Positions 1-10,437 of a stretch of DNA of 64,000 nucleotides are shown in pieces. The first letter of the stretch is position 1. Each line of letters begins with the position of its first letter. A program made the position numbers and the translations under genes. Under the pieces are notes generated by a model. The model was not told the origin of the DNA, searched no databases, and worked only from the letters and a program-made list of their open reading frames with translations. Source of the DNA: Candidatus Moraniibacteriota bacterium (GTDB taxonomy: Bacteria; Patescibacteriota; Minisyncoccia; Moranbacterales; UBA2206); NCBI GenBank assembly GCA_963775955.1, contig CAVZKT010000001.1:85437-149436 (forward strand), written 5' to 3'.

Positions 1-894
1 AGCAGTCTTAGTGTTAAATCCGGGGACACGCTTAGATTTGAAATAGCTTACAAAAACGAGAGTAATATTGGTTATCGCGACGCCATAGTCACAGAAAAAA
101 TAGACAGTCCTGTTTTAGATTATTCAACTCTGCGCTTGGATCAAGGAGCATTTAATTCCGACAGCAAAACTATAACCTGGAAAGCGGCCGATCTTTCTAA
201 TCTGCGATTCCTTGGCCCGGGGCAGAGTGGAATAATTCGTTTTAGCATAAAAGTCAAGGACGTGATTCCTGTTTCCAGTTCAACTGACAAAAATTTTATT
301 ATTTCTGCGCTAGCCAAAATTGACAGTCCGGATATTCCCACGCCAATAAAAACAAATAAAATCATTGCCGGCAATGAAATAGATATGAAACTAATTTCCA
401 AACTTGTTATCAATACTGGGGGATTTTACTATGATCCGATCATTCCCAATTCCGGACCGATTCCGGCGCAAGTCGGAAAAGAAACAACTTATACGGCGCA
501 TTGGATGGTTGGGAATGTCTCTAATGACGTGACCGGAGCCAGAGTTGAAACGGTTTTGCCGACTGGAGTTTCCATGACTGGAAAAATTTATCCGGAAGAT
601 GCGCGATTAACTTATAATGAAAGAAATAATACAATCATTTGGGAAATCGGAAATTTAGGCGCGGGAACCGGCATCATATCTTCTCCGAAAGAAGTGGCTT
701 TTCAAATAAAATTTGTTCCTTCGCCGGAACAGGGCGGAGCCTCTTCGGGCGATATTTTAGGAGTATCAACTTTTTCGGCCAGGGATACTTTTACGGGGAA
801 AGATCTTTCCGCAGCATCAGAAAAAAAGTCAACAATTTTAATGGAAGACACAAAAATGGACTCATCCGGCTATCGAATTTTACCAGCTTCATAG
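1..894 (+). CDS. Repeat-domain (DUF11-like) surface protein, C-terminal part; 5' end lies outside the window
   Basis: Frame 1 is open from nt 1 through the listed Met at 136 to TAG 892-894. Composition is T/S/N/G/I-rich, beta-type. Family assignment is weak. Confidence 0.4.
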   Translation, partial: SSLSVKSGDTLRFEIAYKNESNIGYRDAIVTEKIDSPVLDYSTLRLDQGAFNSDSKTITWKAADLSNLRFLGPGQSGIIRFSIKVKDVIPVSSSTDKNFIISALAKIDSPDIPTPIKTNKIIAGNEIDMKLISKLVINTGGFYYDPIIPNSGPIPAQVGKETTYTAHWMVGNVSNDVTGARVETVLPTGVSMTGKIYPEDARLTYNERNNTIIWEIGNLGAGTGIISSPKEVAFQIKFVPSPEQGGASSGDILGVSTFSARDTFTGKDLSAASEKKSTILMEDTKMDSSGYRILPAS

Positions 895-897
895 AAA

Positions 898-2142
898 ATG
901 TTTGAATTAATAGAAAAAAAACCTGCCCGCAATGCTTCGCATAGCGATGCAGGCAGGGAAAAGGCCAGAACCGGCAAAATAGAAACAAAGAGCGGAGAAA
1001 TAAAAACTCCGTTTTTTATGCCGGACGCGACACGGGGATTTGTAAAATCTTTGGGTCGCGAAGATCTGTTGGAGGCGGGGGTCGGTCCGCTGGTTGTAAA
1101 TGCTTATCATTTATATTTGCAACCGGGGACAAAGCTTATTAAAAAGGCCGGTGGAATCCGCAAATTTATGAACTGGGACGCGCCGCTGCTTTCTGACTCC
1201 GGAGGCTATCAAATTTTTTCTCTGATCCACAAAAATCCGCAAAACGGAAAAATTACGGATGAAAAAGCGATATTTAAATCTCCCTTAGACGGTTCGCTTC
1301 ATGAAATAACTCCCGAAAAGTCCATTCAGATTCAGTTTGATTTGGGCGTGGATATGATGGTGGTTTTGGATGATGTGCCGCCGAATGATTATTCCAAGGA
1401 AAAAATTAGAGACGCAGTTGAGCGGACAATCCGCTGGGCGGAGCGGTGTATGGCTGAATACAAAAAGCAGTTGAAAATCAGAAAAATAAAAAATGAAGAT
1501 CGGCCGCTGATTTTTTGCGTTATTCAAGGAGGAAAATATCCGGATTTAAGAAAAATGTGTGCGGAGGAATTAAAAAAGATTGGATTTTCCGCCAAGGGCG
1601 GACCAGCCTTAGGCTGGGATGGCTATGGTTTCGGTGCAAGGCATATTGATACTGAAGGAAACTTAATGGAGGAAGTGGTGCGCGAAACAGCTGATCTAAT
1701 TCCGGAGGATTCTTTGCGGTTTGCGCTGGGAGTGGGAACGCCGGAGGATATAGTTCGCTGTTTTAATTTAGGCTGGGATATGTTTGATTGCGTAATTCCG
1801 ACAAGAGAAGGCCGCCACGGCCGATTGTTTGTGTGGAAAAACCTCACTCCGACCCTCTCCTTTAAAAGGAGAGGGAGTAACATTGAGAATGGTTTCTATG
1901 AAACCATTAACATTAATAACGAAAAGTTTAAAGAAGATTTTTTACCAGTTGATCCAAATTGTGATTGTGAACTCTGCCAAAATCATTCCCGCGCATATCT
2001 CAAGCATCTTTTCGCGACGGGCGATCCGCTGGCCATGCGCCTGGCCTCAATTCACAATTTAAAATTTTATATGGAACTAATGGAAAAAATAAAATTGACG
2101 TCTTTTCTGCGGAGGGTTGTAAAAATAGCAAAAGCGGGTTAA
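898..2142 (+). CDS. tgt: tRNA-guanine transglycosylase (queuine tRNA-ribosyltransferase)
   Basis: 414-aa ORF with LSDSGGYQIFSL, MMVVLDDV and the Zn site CDCELCQNHSRAYLKHL. Carries two palindromic in-frame extras (922-960, 1853-1875). Confidence 0.93.
   Translation: MFELIEKKPARNASHSDAGREKARTGKIETKSGEIKTPFFMPDATRGFVKSLGREDLLEAGVGPLVVNAYHLYLQPGTKLIKKAGGIRKFMNWDAPLLSDSGGYQIFSLIHKNPQNGKITDEKAIFKSPLDGSLHEITPEKSIQIQFDLGVDMMVVLDDVPPNDYSKEKIRDAVERTIRWAERCMAEYKKQLKIRKIKNEDRPLIFCVIQGGKYPDLRKMCAEELKKIGFSAKGGPALGWDGYGFGARHIDTEGNLMEEVVRETADLIPEDSLRFALGVGTPEDIVRCFNLGWDMFDCVIPTREGRHGRLFVWKNLTPTLSFKRRGSNIENGFYETININNEKFKEDFLPVDPNCDCELCQNHSRAYLKHLFATGDPLAMRLASIHNLKFYMELMEKIKLTSFLRRVVKIAKAG
922..960. repeat. 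Hairpin element P1 (CCTGCCC-GCAATGCTTCGCATAGCGATGC-AGGCAGGG) translated in frame within tgt
   Basis: Flanking inverted repeat CCTGCC/GGCAGG. The 22-nt core recurs as an exact reverse complement at 21518-21539 inside glmS. Confidence 0.85.
1853..1875. repeat. 23-nt perfect palindrome CCCTCTCCTTT-A-AAAGGAGAGGG inside the tgt ORF
   Basis: Read directly from the sequence. It encodes part of an extra segment, LTPTLSFKRRGSNIENG. Confidence 0.85.
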
Positions 2143-2163
2143 GATTGAATAAATTGTAATACC

Positions 2164-3601
2164 ATGGCAATAAAACAGGCCAATTCTATGGATAAAATCG
2201 TCTCCCTTTGCAAAAGGCGAGGGTTTGTGTTTCCGGGAAGCGAGATTTACGGTGGGCTGGCCAATAGCTGGGATTTCGGGCCATATGGAACGGAATTAAA
2301 AAATAATATCAAGCAAGACTGGTGGAAAAATTTTGTGCAAAACCGCGAAGATATAGTTGGATTGGACGCGGCGATTATTATGAATCCAAAAGTGTGGGAA
2401 GCTAGCGGGCATGTTGTTAATTTTTATGATTATTTAATTGAATGTAAAAAGTGTCACAATAGAATAAGGCCAGATACTTTATTAAGCGATGAAGATAAAT
2501 TTAATTCTCGCATCCAAAATAAAAGAAATTAATGCTTTAATAGAAAAAGAAGAAACTAGCGCAACTGCTCAATTAGATAATGTTGAGAAAATTCACAAAG
2601 AAATTCAACAAATATACAAAAAGATAAAATGTCCTACTTGCTCTGAATCCAATTGGACGATGCCGGCAATGTTTAATTTAATGTTTCAGACCAGCATTGG
2701 CCCTAATCGAGAATTAGCTTCAGTCGCATATCTCCGTCCCGAAACGGCGCAGGGAATTTTCGTCAATTTTAAAAATATTTTGGATACCACACGGCAAAAA
2801 TTGCCGTTTGGAATCGCGCAAATAGGCAAAGCTTTTCGCAATGAAATTACGCCTGGAAATTTTATTTTTCGCACGCGCGAATTTGAGCAGATGGAAATCG
2901 AATATTTTTTTAATTCGGAAAAAACAAAATGGGAAGAAAAATTTGACCAGTGGTTGGAAGATTTTAAAATATGGATGAATAAAATCGGAATTGATTCTAA
3001 AAAATTATTTTTTCACAACATAGAAAAAGAAGAACTGGCGCATTATTCCCAAAAAACTATAGATGTAGAATTTGATTTTCCCTTTGGAAGAGAAGAATTG
3101 TTTGGACTGGCTTATCGTACGGATTTTGATTTAAAAAGCCATAAATTAAATTATAGGGATCCAGAAACGCAAAAAGAAATTATTCCCCACGTGATTGAGC
3201 CGAGTTTAGGAGTAGAGAGAATGGCGCTGGCGGTGATGCTTTCGGCTTACATTGAAGAAAAAATTGGAGATGAGATGCGGGTAGTGATGAAATTTAAGAA
3301 TGATCTGGCGCCGATCAAAGTTGCGATTTTTCCGCTTCTGCGCAATAAACCGGAGCTTGTAAAAATTGCCAAAAAGATATATGATGATCTGAAAACTCAA
3401 TTTACGTGTGAGTTTGACGACAACGGGAATATAGGCAAGCGTTATCGCCGGCAGGACGAAATCGGAACGCCCTATTGCGTCACAATTGATTTTGACACTC
3501 TGAAAGATAAGGCGGTAACAGTGCGAGATCGGGATACGATGAAACAGGAGAGGGTTAAGATTGATGATTTGGTAAAATATTTAACCAACAAACTTAAATA
3601 A
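2164..3601 (+). CDS. glyQS: Glycine--tRNA ligase (alpha2 type), frame change within 2489-2532
   Basis: ORFs 2164-2532 (frame 1) and 2489-3601 (frame 2) join into one GlyRS. Motifs: [42 protein letters not shown], plus an anticodon-binding C-terminus. Confidence 0.9.
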
Positions 3602-3604
3602 AAA

Positions 3605-4156
3605 ATGGTCAGTTTTTTTGAAAAAATTTTATCTGGTCAAGCGGGAAGCATTAGCTTTAATAAGAGTCCCGAAAAAATTGTTAAAGAAAAAGAAAATCTT
3701 GAAGGGATATTCAATAAGCTTTTAGCAAGCTTAAACAGTTCTGAAAATCAAGAAAATATTGACAATATTGTCGGTTCAAATTCTGCCAGCGAATTGGCTA
3801 AAAACATTCAAATGGCCAAAGATATTTTAGAAAAAACGGGACTGTTGGCCAGAAGCCACTCAAACGGCAAGGAAATTTTAAGAAATATAGAAGTTTCATT
3901 TAATGGTTTCTTGCGAAGGGATGCTGGAGCTAAAGAAAAAGGATTGGCAGGGTATGCGGATATTATAAAAGAAAACTATAATGAATTGAAAGATTTTGCC
4001 GATTTAATTATTGAATGTGGGGATTACAGAGAAAAAGAATTTGGAGATTATTCCGGATATTTAGCTGAGGACGAAGAAGAAGGTGCAAAGTTGCGGTCAA
4101 ACATGCGCGATTATATAGAAAAGTGCAAGCAAAAAATAAGAAGTCGGAGTAACTAA
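3605..4156 (+). CDS. Hypothetical protein (183 aa, helical, acidic C-terminus)
   Basis: Clean ORF tightly packed between glyQS and the next gene. No motif recognised. Confidence 0.5.
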   Translation: MVSFFEKILSGQAGSISFNKSPEKIVKEKENLEGIFNKLLASLNSSENQENIDNIVGSNSASELAKNIQMAKDILEKTGLLARSHSNGKEILRNIEVSFNGFLRRDAGAKEKGLAGYADIIKENYNELKDFADLIIECGDYREKEFGDYSGYLAEDEEEGAKLRSNMRDYIEKCKQKIRSRSN

Positions 4157-4175
4157 ATTTATAAATATTTATTTT

Positions 4176-5149
4176 ATGACCATCCAACAAATCTACAAGC
4201 TGGCGATTGAATTGGGAATCAAAAATGATTTCCGGCCGAAAACACAAATAGAGAAACAATTAAAAAGGATTAAAGAAAAATATGAGAAACTTTCCAAAGA
4301 CGAGAAAGCTTTATTCGACACGGAGAAGCTCGCCAGTCCATACACTGATTCGCGCATTCATTTTGACAACGGAGTGAAAAATATAAAAAAAGTTATGGCG
4401 GGAATAGATATTGATAGCGCAGAACTGATGATGGCAAAATACTTAACTGATCATAATTCCAAAAAACCGATTGATCTGGTGGTTGCGCATCATCCGGTCG
4501 GGAAAGGGCCTCGCGGATCTCACGGGAGTAATGCACCTCCAGGCGGATGTCCTGGCGCAATACGGCGTGCCGATCAATATTGCCGAAAGTTTGATAAAAA
4601 TAAGAATTGAAGAAGTAACCCGGGGAGTTGATCCGATTAATCATTACAAGCCAGTGGATGCGGCCAGAATTTTAAACTTAAGTTTCATGAATGTCCATAC
4701 GCCGGCGGACAATATGATGGCCAAATTTGTTGAGGCTAAATTAAAAAAAGACAAGCCGGAATATGTCGGCGAAATTTTGAAGTCGCTTTTGGAAATTCCG
4801 GAATATAGAGAAGCGGCCAGGCTGGGAGCTGGGCCGCGGCTTTTTACCGGTTCGGCAGAAAATCGGGCGGGAAAAATTGCTGCTCACGGAGCTTACCGGA
4901 GGAACAGAGGGAAGTCCAAAAATTTATGAAAAAATGTCCCAGGCCGGAATTGGTACGGTCATTTCCATGCACCAAAGCGAAGAGCACAAGAAAGCAGCGG
5001 AAAAAGCGCACATCAATGTCGTCATCGCCGGGCATATTTCTTCCGATTCCATTGGGATGAATTTATTTTTGGACGAGCTGGAGAAAAGAGGAATTGAAAT
5101 TGTGTCATGCTCGGGGCTAATAAGATATAGCCGGGTTAAAAAGAAATGA
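4176..5149 (+). CDS. NIF3/DUF34-like metal-binding protein (tentative), at least 2 frame changes
   Basis: Fragments 4176-4610, 4471-4929 and 4877-5149 join colinearly. AHHP, NVHTPADN and AGHISSDS motifs resemble the NIF3 family. Confidence 0.45.
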
Positions 5150-5150
5150 A

Positions 5151-5184
5151 CCCCGTTAGAATTTTAATCAAAGTTCTCATGGGG
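5151..5184. repeat. Short hairpin of the CCCCGTTAGAA family (CCCCGTTAGAA...TTCTCATGGGG)
   Basis: Imperfect inverted repeat immediately after the TGA stop at 5147-5149. It shares a terminus with the elements at 11278, 29853 and 61149. Confidence 0.6.
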
Positions 5185-5248
5185 CTTGAAGCTAATTTTT
5201 TATATTTTTAATACTTATTATTTTAATAGTAGTATTAATTCTAATGGG

Positions 5249-6523
5249 GTGAAATTCAAAAAAACTACGCTAAAAAATGGCTTGCGCATTCTGACTGTGC
5301 CGATGAAAGATACGCAAACAGCGACAGTGGTTGTTATGGTGGGCGTCGGTTCGCGCTATGAAACTGAAAAAGAAGCCGGAATTTCCCATTTTCTGGAGCA
5401 TATGTTTTTTAAGGGAACGGAAAAGCGGCCGACGACGCTGGATATTTCTTCGGAGCTGGATGCTATTGGCGGAGAATTCAACGCTTTTACGGCTAAAGAT
5501 AAGACCGGATATTATGCCAAAGTGGATTCAAAGCATACAAGCGTTGCATTGGACATTATCTCCGGACATATTTTTAAATTCAAAAATGGAAGCAAAGGAA
5601 ATTGAAAAAGAAAAGGGTACGATTATTCAGGAGATAAATATGTATGAAGATACGCCGAGAATGAAAATAGGGGACGTGTTTGAAAATTTAATTTTTACGG
5701 ACAGTTCTCTGGGAAGGGAAATAATTGGAAATAAAAAGACAGTAAAAAATTTTCAGAGAAAAGAGTTTGTTGGATTATAAAAATAAATTTTATGTGTCCA
5801 ATGATACGGTGGTTTGTGTTGCCGGAAATTTTAATGAAAAGAAAAATATAAAAAGCTTGAGGAATATTTTTCCAGAATGACAAAAAGGGAAAAAACCTGC
5901 ATTTAAAAAGGTCAAGGAAAATCAAAAACAAGCCGCAGGCTATAATGCGAAATTTAAAGAGAACAGATCAAACTCATTTAATACTGGGAAATCTGGCTTA
6001 TCATCATAATCACAAAGACCGTTTTATACTGGGACTTTTGGCCATTATTCTGGGCGGGAATATGAGCAGCCGGCTATTTTCGGAAATACGCGAGAAAAGA
6101 GGTTTGGCATACAGTGTCCATACCGGTGTTGAAGCTTATTCAGATTGCGGCTATATAGCTACGCAAGCCGGAGTAGAACATGGAAATCTTGAAAAAACAG
6201 TTGGAATTATTCTGAAGGAATATAAAAAAATATCAACAGAAAAAGTCAGTGAAAATGAATTAAAAAAAGCCAAAGATTATATTAAAGGGCAGAGTGTGAT
6301 GAATTTTGAATCGTCAGATGAAGTAGCTATGTTTTACATAGATCAGGAATTAATCAGGAAAAAGATAATGAATATGGAGGAGATATTCGCCAAGATTGAC
6401 AAAGTGACGGCAGATGACATACTAAAAGTAGCCAAGGATATTTTCAAAGAAAAAACGCTCAATCTAGCCGTTATTGGACCGCACCAGGACGGCAAAAAAT
6501 TGAAAAGAATACTTAAATTATAA
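5249..6523 (+). CDS. M16 (pitrilysin/insulinase) family zinc peptidase, at least 4 frame changes
   Basis: Contains the HFLEH inverted zincin motif in GISHFLEHMFFKGT. Fragments are 5186-5605, 5331-5780, unlisted frames at 5760-5940, and 5945-6523. The start (GTG 5249 or TTG 5186) is uncertain. Confidence 0.8.
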
Positions 6524-6527
6524 ATTT

Positions 6528-7556
6528 ATGGAAAATAAAAAAACCGTTGATATTTCCACTGGCATTGTTTTCAGAACGGTTTTGATTTTAATCGGCCTGT
6601 GGTTTTTGTATTTCGTCCGCGACATAATCGCCTTGCTTTTTATTTCCATAATTTTGGTGGCGGCCATGGACCCGATTGTTTACCGGCTGCGCCGCAGGCG
6701 AGTGCCGAGATCAATCGGAGTTTTAATTGTTTATGGCTGCCTTTTTGCGGTAATCAGTCTGGCTGTTTCTTTCCTGATTCCTCCGTTGGTCCAACAAATT
6801 AAAGACTTTACCCAGAAACTGCCCGATATCATCCGCAGTTTTGAGAATTCATTTCAGGGAATCAATACCTTTTTTCAAGCCCAGCACATAGCGGTAAGCA
6901 CTCAAGACCTGCTTTCAAGCATTGGAAATACGCTAGCTGGGTCTTCGGGAAATGTTTTCACGGCTACGATCGGCGTATTTTCCGGATTTGTTTCGGTCAT
7001 AATTGTTTTAGTCATGACTTTTTATATGGCGGTCAAAGAAGATGGGATAAAAAATTTCATTGTTTCCATAACGCCGCAAAAGCACAAAGATTATGCCGGC
7101 TCTTTAGTTTTGCGTGTTCAGAAAAAAATCAGCCGCTGGGTTTTGGGACAACTGGCTCTGATGTTTATTATTTTCGCTATGGATTTTATAGGGCTTTCTC
7201 TCTTGAAAGTTCCCTACGCCTTATCTTTGGCGATATTTGCCGGGCTTATGGAAATAATTCCTTTTATCGGACCGATTGTCTCACTGATCCCGGCGGTGCT
7301 GGTGGGGCTCACAATTTCTCCGCTTTCCGGGCTTTTGGTTTTTTTGCTTTATATTCTCGTTCAGCAATTTGAAGGCCATATCATTATTCCGCAGGTTATG
7401 AAAAAGGCGGTAGGACTGCATCCGATCGCGGTGATCCTGGCCTTGCTTGTCGGTTTGAAATTGGGCGGGGTGCTAGGCGCGCTTTTGGCTATTCCAGTGG
7501 CAACCGCCATTAGTGTCTTTGTTGGCGACCTTTTTGAAAAACCAAAAGAAGCGTAA
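6528..7556 (+). CDS. AI-2E family transporter (PerM/YhhT-like, UPF0118)
   Basis: 342 aa, polytopic membrane protein with the typical EIIPFIGPIVS segment. Confidence 0.75.
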   Translation: MENKKTVDISTGIVFRTVLILIGLWFLYFVRDIIALLFISIILVAAMDPIVYRLRRRRVPRSIGVLIVYGCLFAVISLAVSFLIPPLVQQIKDFTQKLPDIIRSFENSFQGINTFFQAQHIAVSTQDLLSSIGNTLAGSSGNVFTATIGVFSGFVSVIIVLVMTFYMAVKEDGIKNFIVSITPQKHKDYAGSLVLRVQKKISRWVLGQLALMFIIFAMDFIGLSLLKVPYALSLAIFAGLMEIIPFIGPIVSLIPAVLVGLTISPLSGLLVFLLYILVQQFEGHIIIPQVMKKAVGLHPIAVILALLVGLKLGGVLGALLAIPVATAISVFVGDLFEKPKEA

Positions 7557-7566
7557 CAAAGTTCCA

Positions 7567-7632
7567 CTTTCTTTTGTCAGCAAAGTATAAGCCTTACTTT
7601 TCTTGTCCCACAAGAAAAGTAACAAAAGAAAG
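7567..7632. repeat. Nested hairpin: outer CTTTCTTTTG/CAAAAGAAAG enclosing perfect TTACTTTTCTTGT-CCC-ACAAGAAAAGTAA
   Basis: Read directly. The inner stem is 13 bp perfect (7594-7622). Confidence 0.8.
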
Positions 7633-7682
7633 GGCCACCCGAAGCTCATCCACTAAAAAATTTTCAACTTTCTCACTAAAAA

Positions 7683-7717
7683 ATACCGGTTGCCCCGAGG
7701 CGGACCGGTATTTTTTT
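7683..7717. terminator. Bidirectional rho-independent terminator
   Basis: ATACCGGT...ACCGGTAT stem with an A-run upstream and T7 downstream. It sits between convergent genes. Confidence 0.75.
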
Positions 7718-7769
7718 ACGCTCGAAAGTCTTAATTTGTAATAGTGTCTGAGCCAGGGTGGGCTATCGG

Positions 7770-8240
7770 TTATTTTATAAATAAAATTATTATAGCGATA
7801 AGGGAAATGACAATATCATTCACGCCATTTCGCAGATTCCAGGCGCAATCGGGAGAAAGAGAAGGATACTTATGGCACCACAAATGGAATTCATAGAGTT
7901 TTTTAAGTAATGGAAAATTAAATTTCCAATATAAAAATGTTAGAGAATCGGGGAATATTGAAGCAAAGATCCCAAGAAAAATGTATTTTATTTGGAGCGC
8001 GCTAAATTGATTAAAATAAATAAGCAGAAGTATAGCAAGAAAACCAACAGAAAAATCCAAAGCCACTTTCCACCAAGTATTTTTAAAAGTGACATTACTG
8101 TCAAAACCTTCCACATATTCCCCGTGGCGGAAAGTGTCCAGAATAAAATGCATGGCCAATGAAAAAATAACAATCAGCCAGGGGTTATGGATTTTTTCGC
8201 CGATGGCGGCGCCGACAAGGGCGTGAGTGGCTAATATCAT
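7770..8240 (-). CDS. Membrane protein, possibly a DUF457/YdjM-like metal-dependent hydrolase
   Basis: 156 aa, 4-5 TM segments. N-terminal MILATHALVGAAIG and HFILDTFRHG His motifs. Confidence 0.45.
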   Translation of the reverse strand: MILATHALVGAAIGEKIHNPWLIVIFSLAMHFILDTFRHGEYVEGFDSNVTFKNTWWKVALDFSVGFLAILLLIYFNQFSALQIKYIFLGIFASIFPDSLTFLYWKFNFPLLKKLYEFHLWCHKYPSLSPDCAWNLRNGVNDIVISLIAIIILFIK

Positions 8241-8348
8241 AATTTTAAATTTTTAATTTCAGATTTTAAAACAATTTCCAATTACTAAATTTTCAAAATT
8301 CTTAAAAGTCGGGTTGATAAACTTTATGTTTTAGGCTAGGATTAATTC

Positions 8349-9019
8349 ATGGATACAGGCATATTATACATCGTCGCCACGCCCATTGGCAATCTGGGAG
8401 ATATTACCTTGCGGGCGCTGGAAACTCTCAAAAAAGCCGATTTGATCGCCTGTGAGGACACGCGGGTGGCTAGAAAGCTACTTGATCGTTATGAAGTCAA
8501 AACTCCGGTCACAAGCTTCTTCCAGCACTCAAAAACGCCTAAAATAGCCAGTATTATTGGGGCTTTAAAAAGCGGACAGAATGTAGCGCTGGTAACGGAC
8601 GCCGGCACGCCGGGCATATCCGACCCGGGAAACAGGCTGGTGGAACAGGCCGTCCTGGAAAATATCGCCGTGATTCCGATTCCGGGTTCCTCGGCGCTGA
8701 CTGCGCTCATCAGCGTGGCCGGAATTGATATGCAGAAGTTTATATTTCTCGGATTTCCTCCGCACAAAAAAGGCAGAGAAACTTTTTTTAAAGAAGTGAT
8801 CGCGCAAAATTATCCGGTCGTGTATTATGAATCTCCGCATCGCGTTCTCAAAAATCTGGAACTTTTGGAAATCTGGGAGCGGGAAAAAATATAATCCTCG
8901 GCCGGGAACTGACAAAAATGTTTGAAGAGACTGTCCGGGGAAATACGGAGGAAGTTTTAAAATATTTTCAAGATAATCCTAGAAAAGTAAAAGGAGAATT
9001 TACGATTATTGTTTATTAA
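8349..9019 (+). CDS. rsmI: 16S rRNA (cytidine1402-2'-O)-methyltransferase, frame change near 8885
   Basis: GILYIVATPIGNLGDITLRALETLKKADLIACEDTR. The C-terminus (GRELTKMFEE...GEFTIIVY) continues in another frame to TAA 9017-9019. Confidence 0.88.
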
Positions 9020-9024
9020 ATTTT

Positions 9025-10437
9025 ATGAAAAATAATTTTATATCACAACCCCAATCTATTATGCCAATGCTAAACCGCATATCGGGCACGCCTACACGAC
9101 CATTGCGGCGGATGTTTTGGCGCGGTTTCACAAACTGCAAAATGAAGAAGTTTTCTTCTTGACCGGCATGGATGAGCACGGAGCTAAAATTCAAAAAGCG
9201 GCCGAAGCGCAAGGCAAAGATCCGCAAAAATTTGTGGACGAGATCGGAGAAGAATTCAAAGATCTCTGGGAAAAGCTTAATATAAAATACGATAATTTTA
9301 TTTGTACCACCAATTCAAAGCACAAGGAGGCGGTGCAAAAAGTTTTGCAAACTCTTTATGACAAGGGCGCGATTTATAAAGGCGAATATAAAGGATTGTA
9401 TTGTGTGGGATGCGAGCAGTTCAAAAATGAAAATGAGCTGGTTGAGGGTAAATGCCCGGATCACAATACTGTTCCAGAAAAAACACGGGAAGAGTGTTAT
9501 CTTTTGAAACTGACTGAAATACAGCCAAAATTGATTGAAAAAATTGAAAAGAACGAATTTGAGATTGCCCCGGAAAGATACAAGAATGAAATACTCTCTT
9601 TTCTTAAAAGCCAGGAACTCAAAGATATTTCTGTTTCCAGGAAGAATGTTGAAATGGGGAGTGCCGCTTCCATTTGACTCGGAGCATACAACCTATGTTT
9701 GGGTGGACGCGTTTTTAAATTATCTCACCGGACTTGGCTGGGATGGCGATATGAATAATATTCCAAAACAATGGCCGGCCGATGTGCAGTTAATCGGCAA
9801 AGATATTTTGCGTGTTCATGCGACTATTTGGCCGGCGATTCTTTTGCATTTAGGGATTGGCCTCCCCAAAATACTTTTTACTCACGGGCATATTCTTTCC
9901 GGCGGGAAAAAAATGAGCAAAACTTTAGGCAATGTGATTAGTATTGATGAAATGCTGGAAAAATTCGGGACGGATGGGACGCGCTATCTTTTGCTTAGCG
10001 CCGGAACATTTGGAGACGATGTGAATGTGACAATGGAAAGAATGATTGAGAAATATAATGCTGATTTGGCGAATGGATTGGGAAATTTAATTTCGCGAGT
10101 TATAAAACTCGCTCAGAATTTCCAATTTCCAATTTCCAATTTCCAATCAATTTCCAATGACCAATTTTTAAATTTTATAAAAAATATAGAAATTGATAAA
10201 GCATTGGATTACGTATGGAATATTATTCAGGCTGATAATAAATACATTGAAGAAAATAAACCATGGGAACTTGTGAAAACCGATAAGAAAAAATTTGAGG
10301 AAGTAATGCGAAAGTTAATTATGGATTTACTTAATATTGCCGATTTAGTATTGCCTTTCATGCCTGAAACTTCGGAGAAAATCAAGAAAGCGCTAGAAAC
10401 CAAAAAAGTTGAACCGCTTTTTCAAAGAATAAAATAA
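9025..10437 (+). CDS. metG: Methionine--tRNA ligase (short form), frame changes near 9035 and 9535-9677
   Basis: ITTPIYYANAKPHIGHAYTTIAAD (HIGH) is readable just after ATG 9025 in a shifted frame. Also FLTGMDEHG, a Zn knuckle CVGCEQF...CPDH, and KMSKTLGN (KMSKS). Confidence 0.88.
10117..10170. repeat. Tandem heptamer array (AATTTCC x4 plus degenerate copies) inside metG
   Basis: Read directly. Translated as NFQFPISNFQSISNDQ. The same word array is in leuS at 19572-19637. Confidence 0.9.

Noticed and set aside
2489-2532. Alternative genetic code (UGA recoding) or programmed ribosomal frameshifting to explain the broken ORFs.
   Set aside because: The downstream halves are in different frames, not behind in-frame UGAs. 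TGA, TAA and TAG all terminate intact genes. The junctions share no slippery heptamer and look like single extra bases in short homopolymers.
10117-10170. Heptamer arrays (here and at 19572, 39592, 60461) as CRISPR or a CRISPR remnant.
   Set aside because: The units are 7 nt and directly tandem, with no spacers. No cas genes are present, and the arrays lie inside conserved ORFs.
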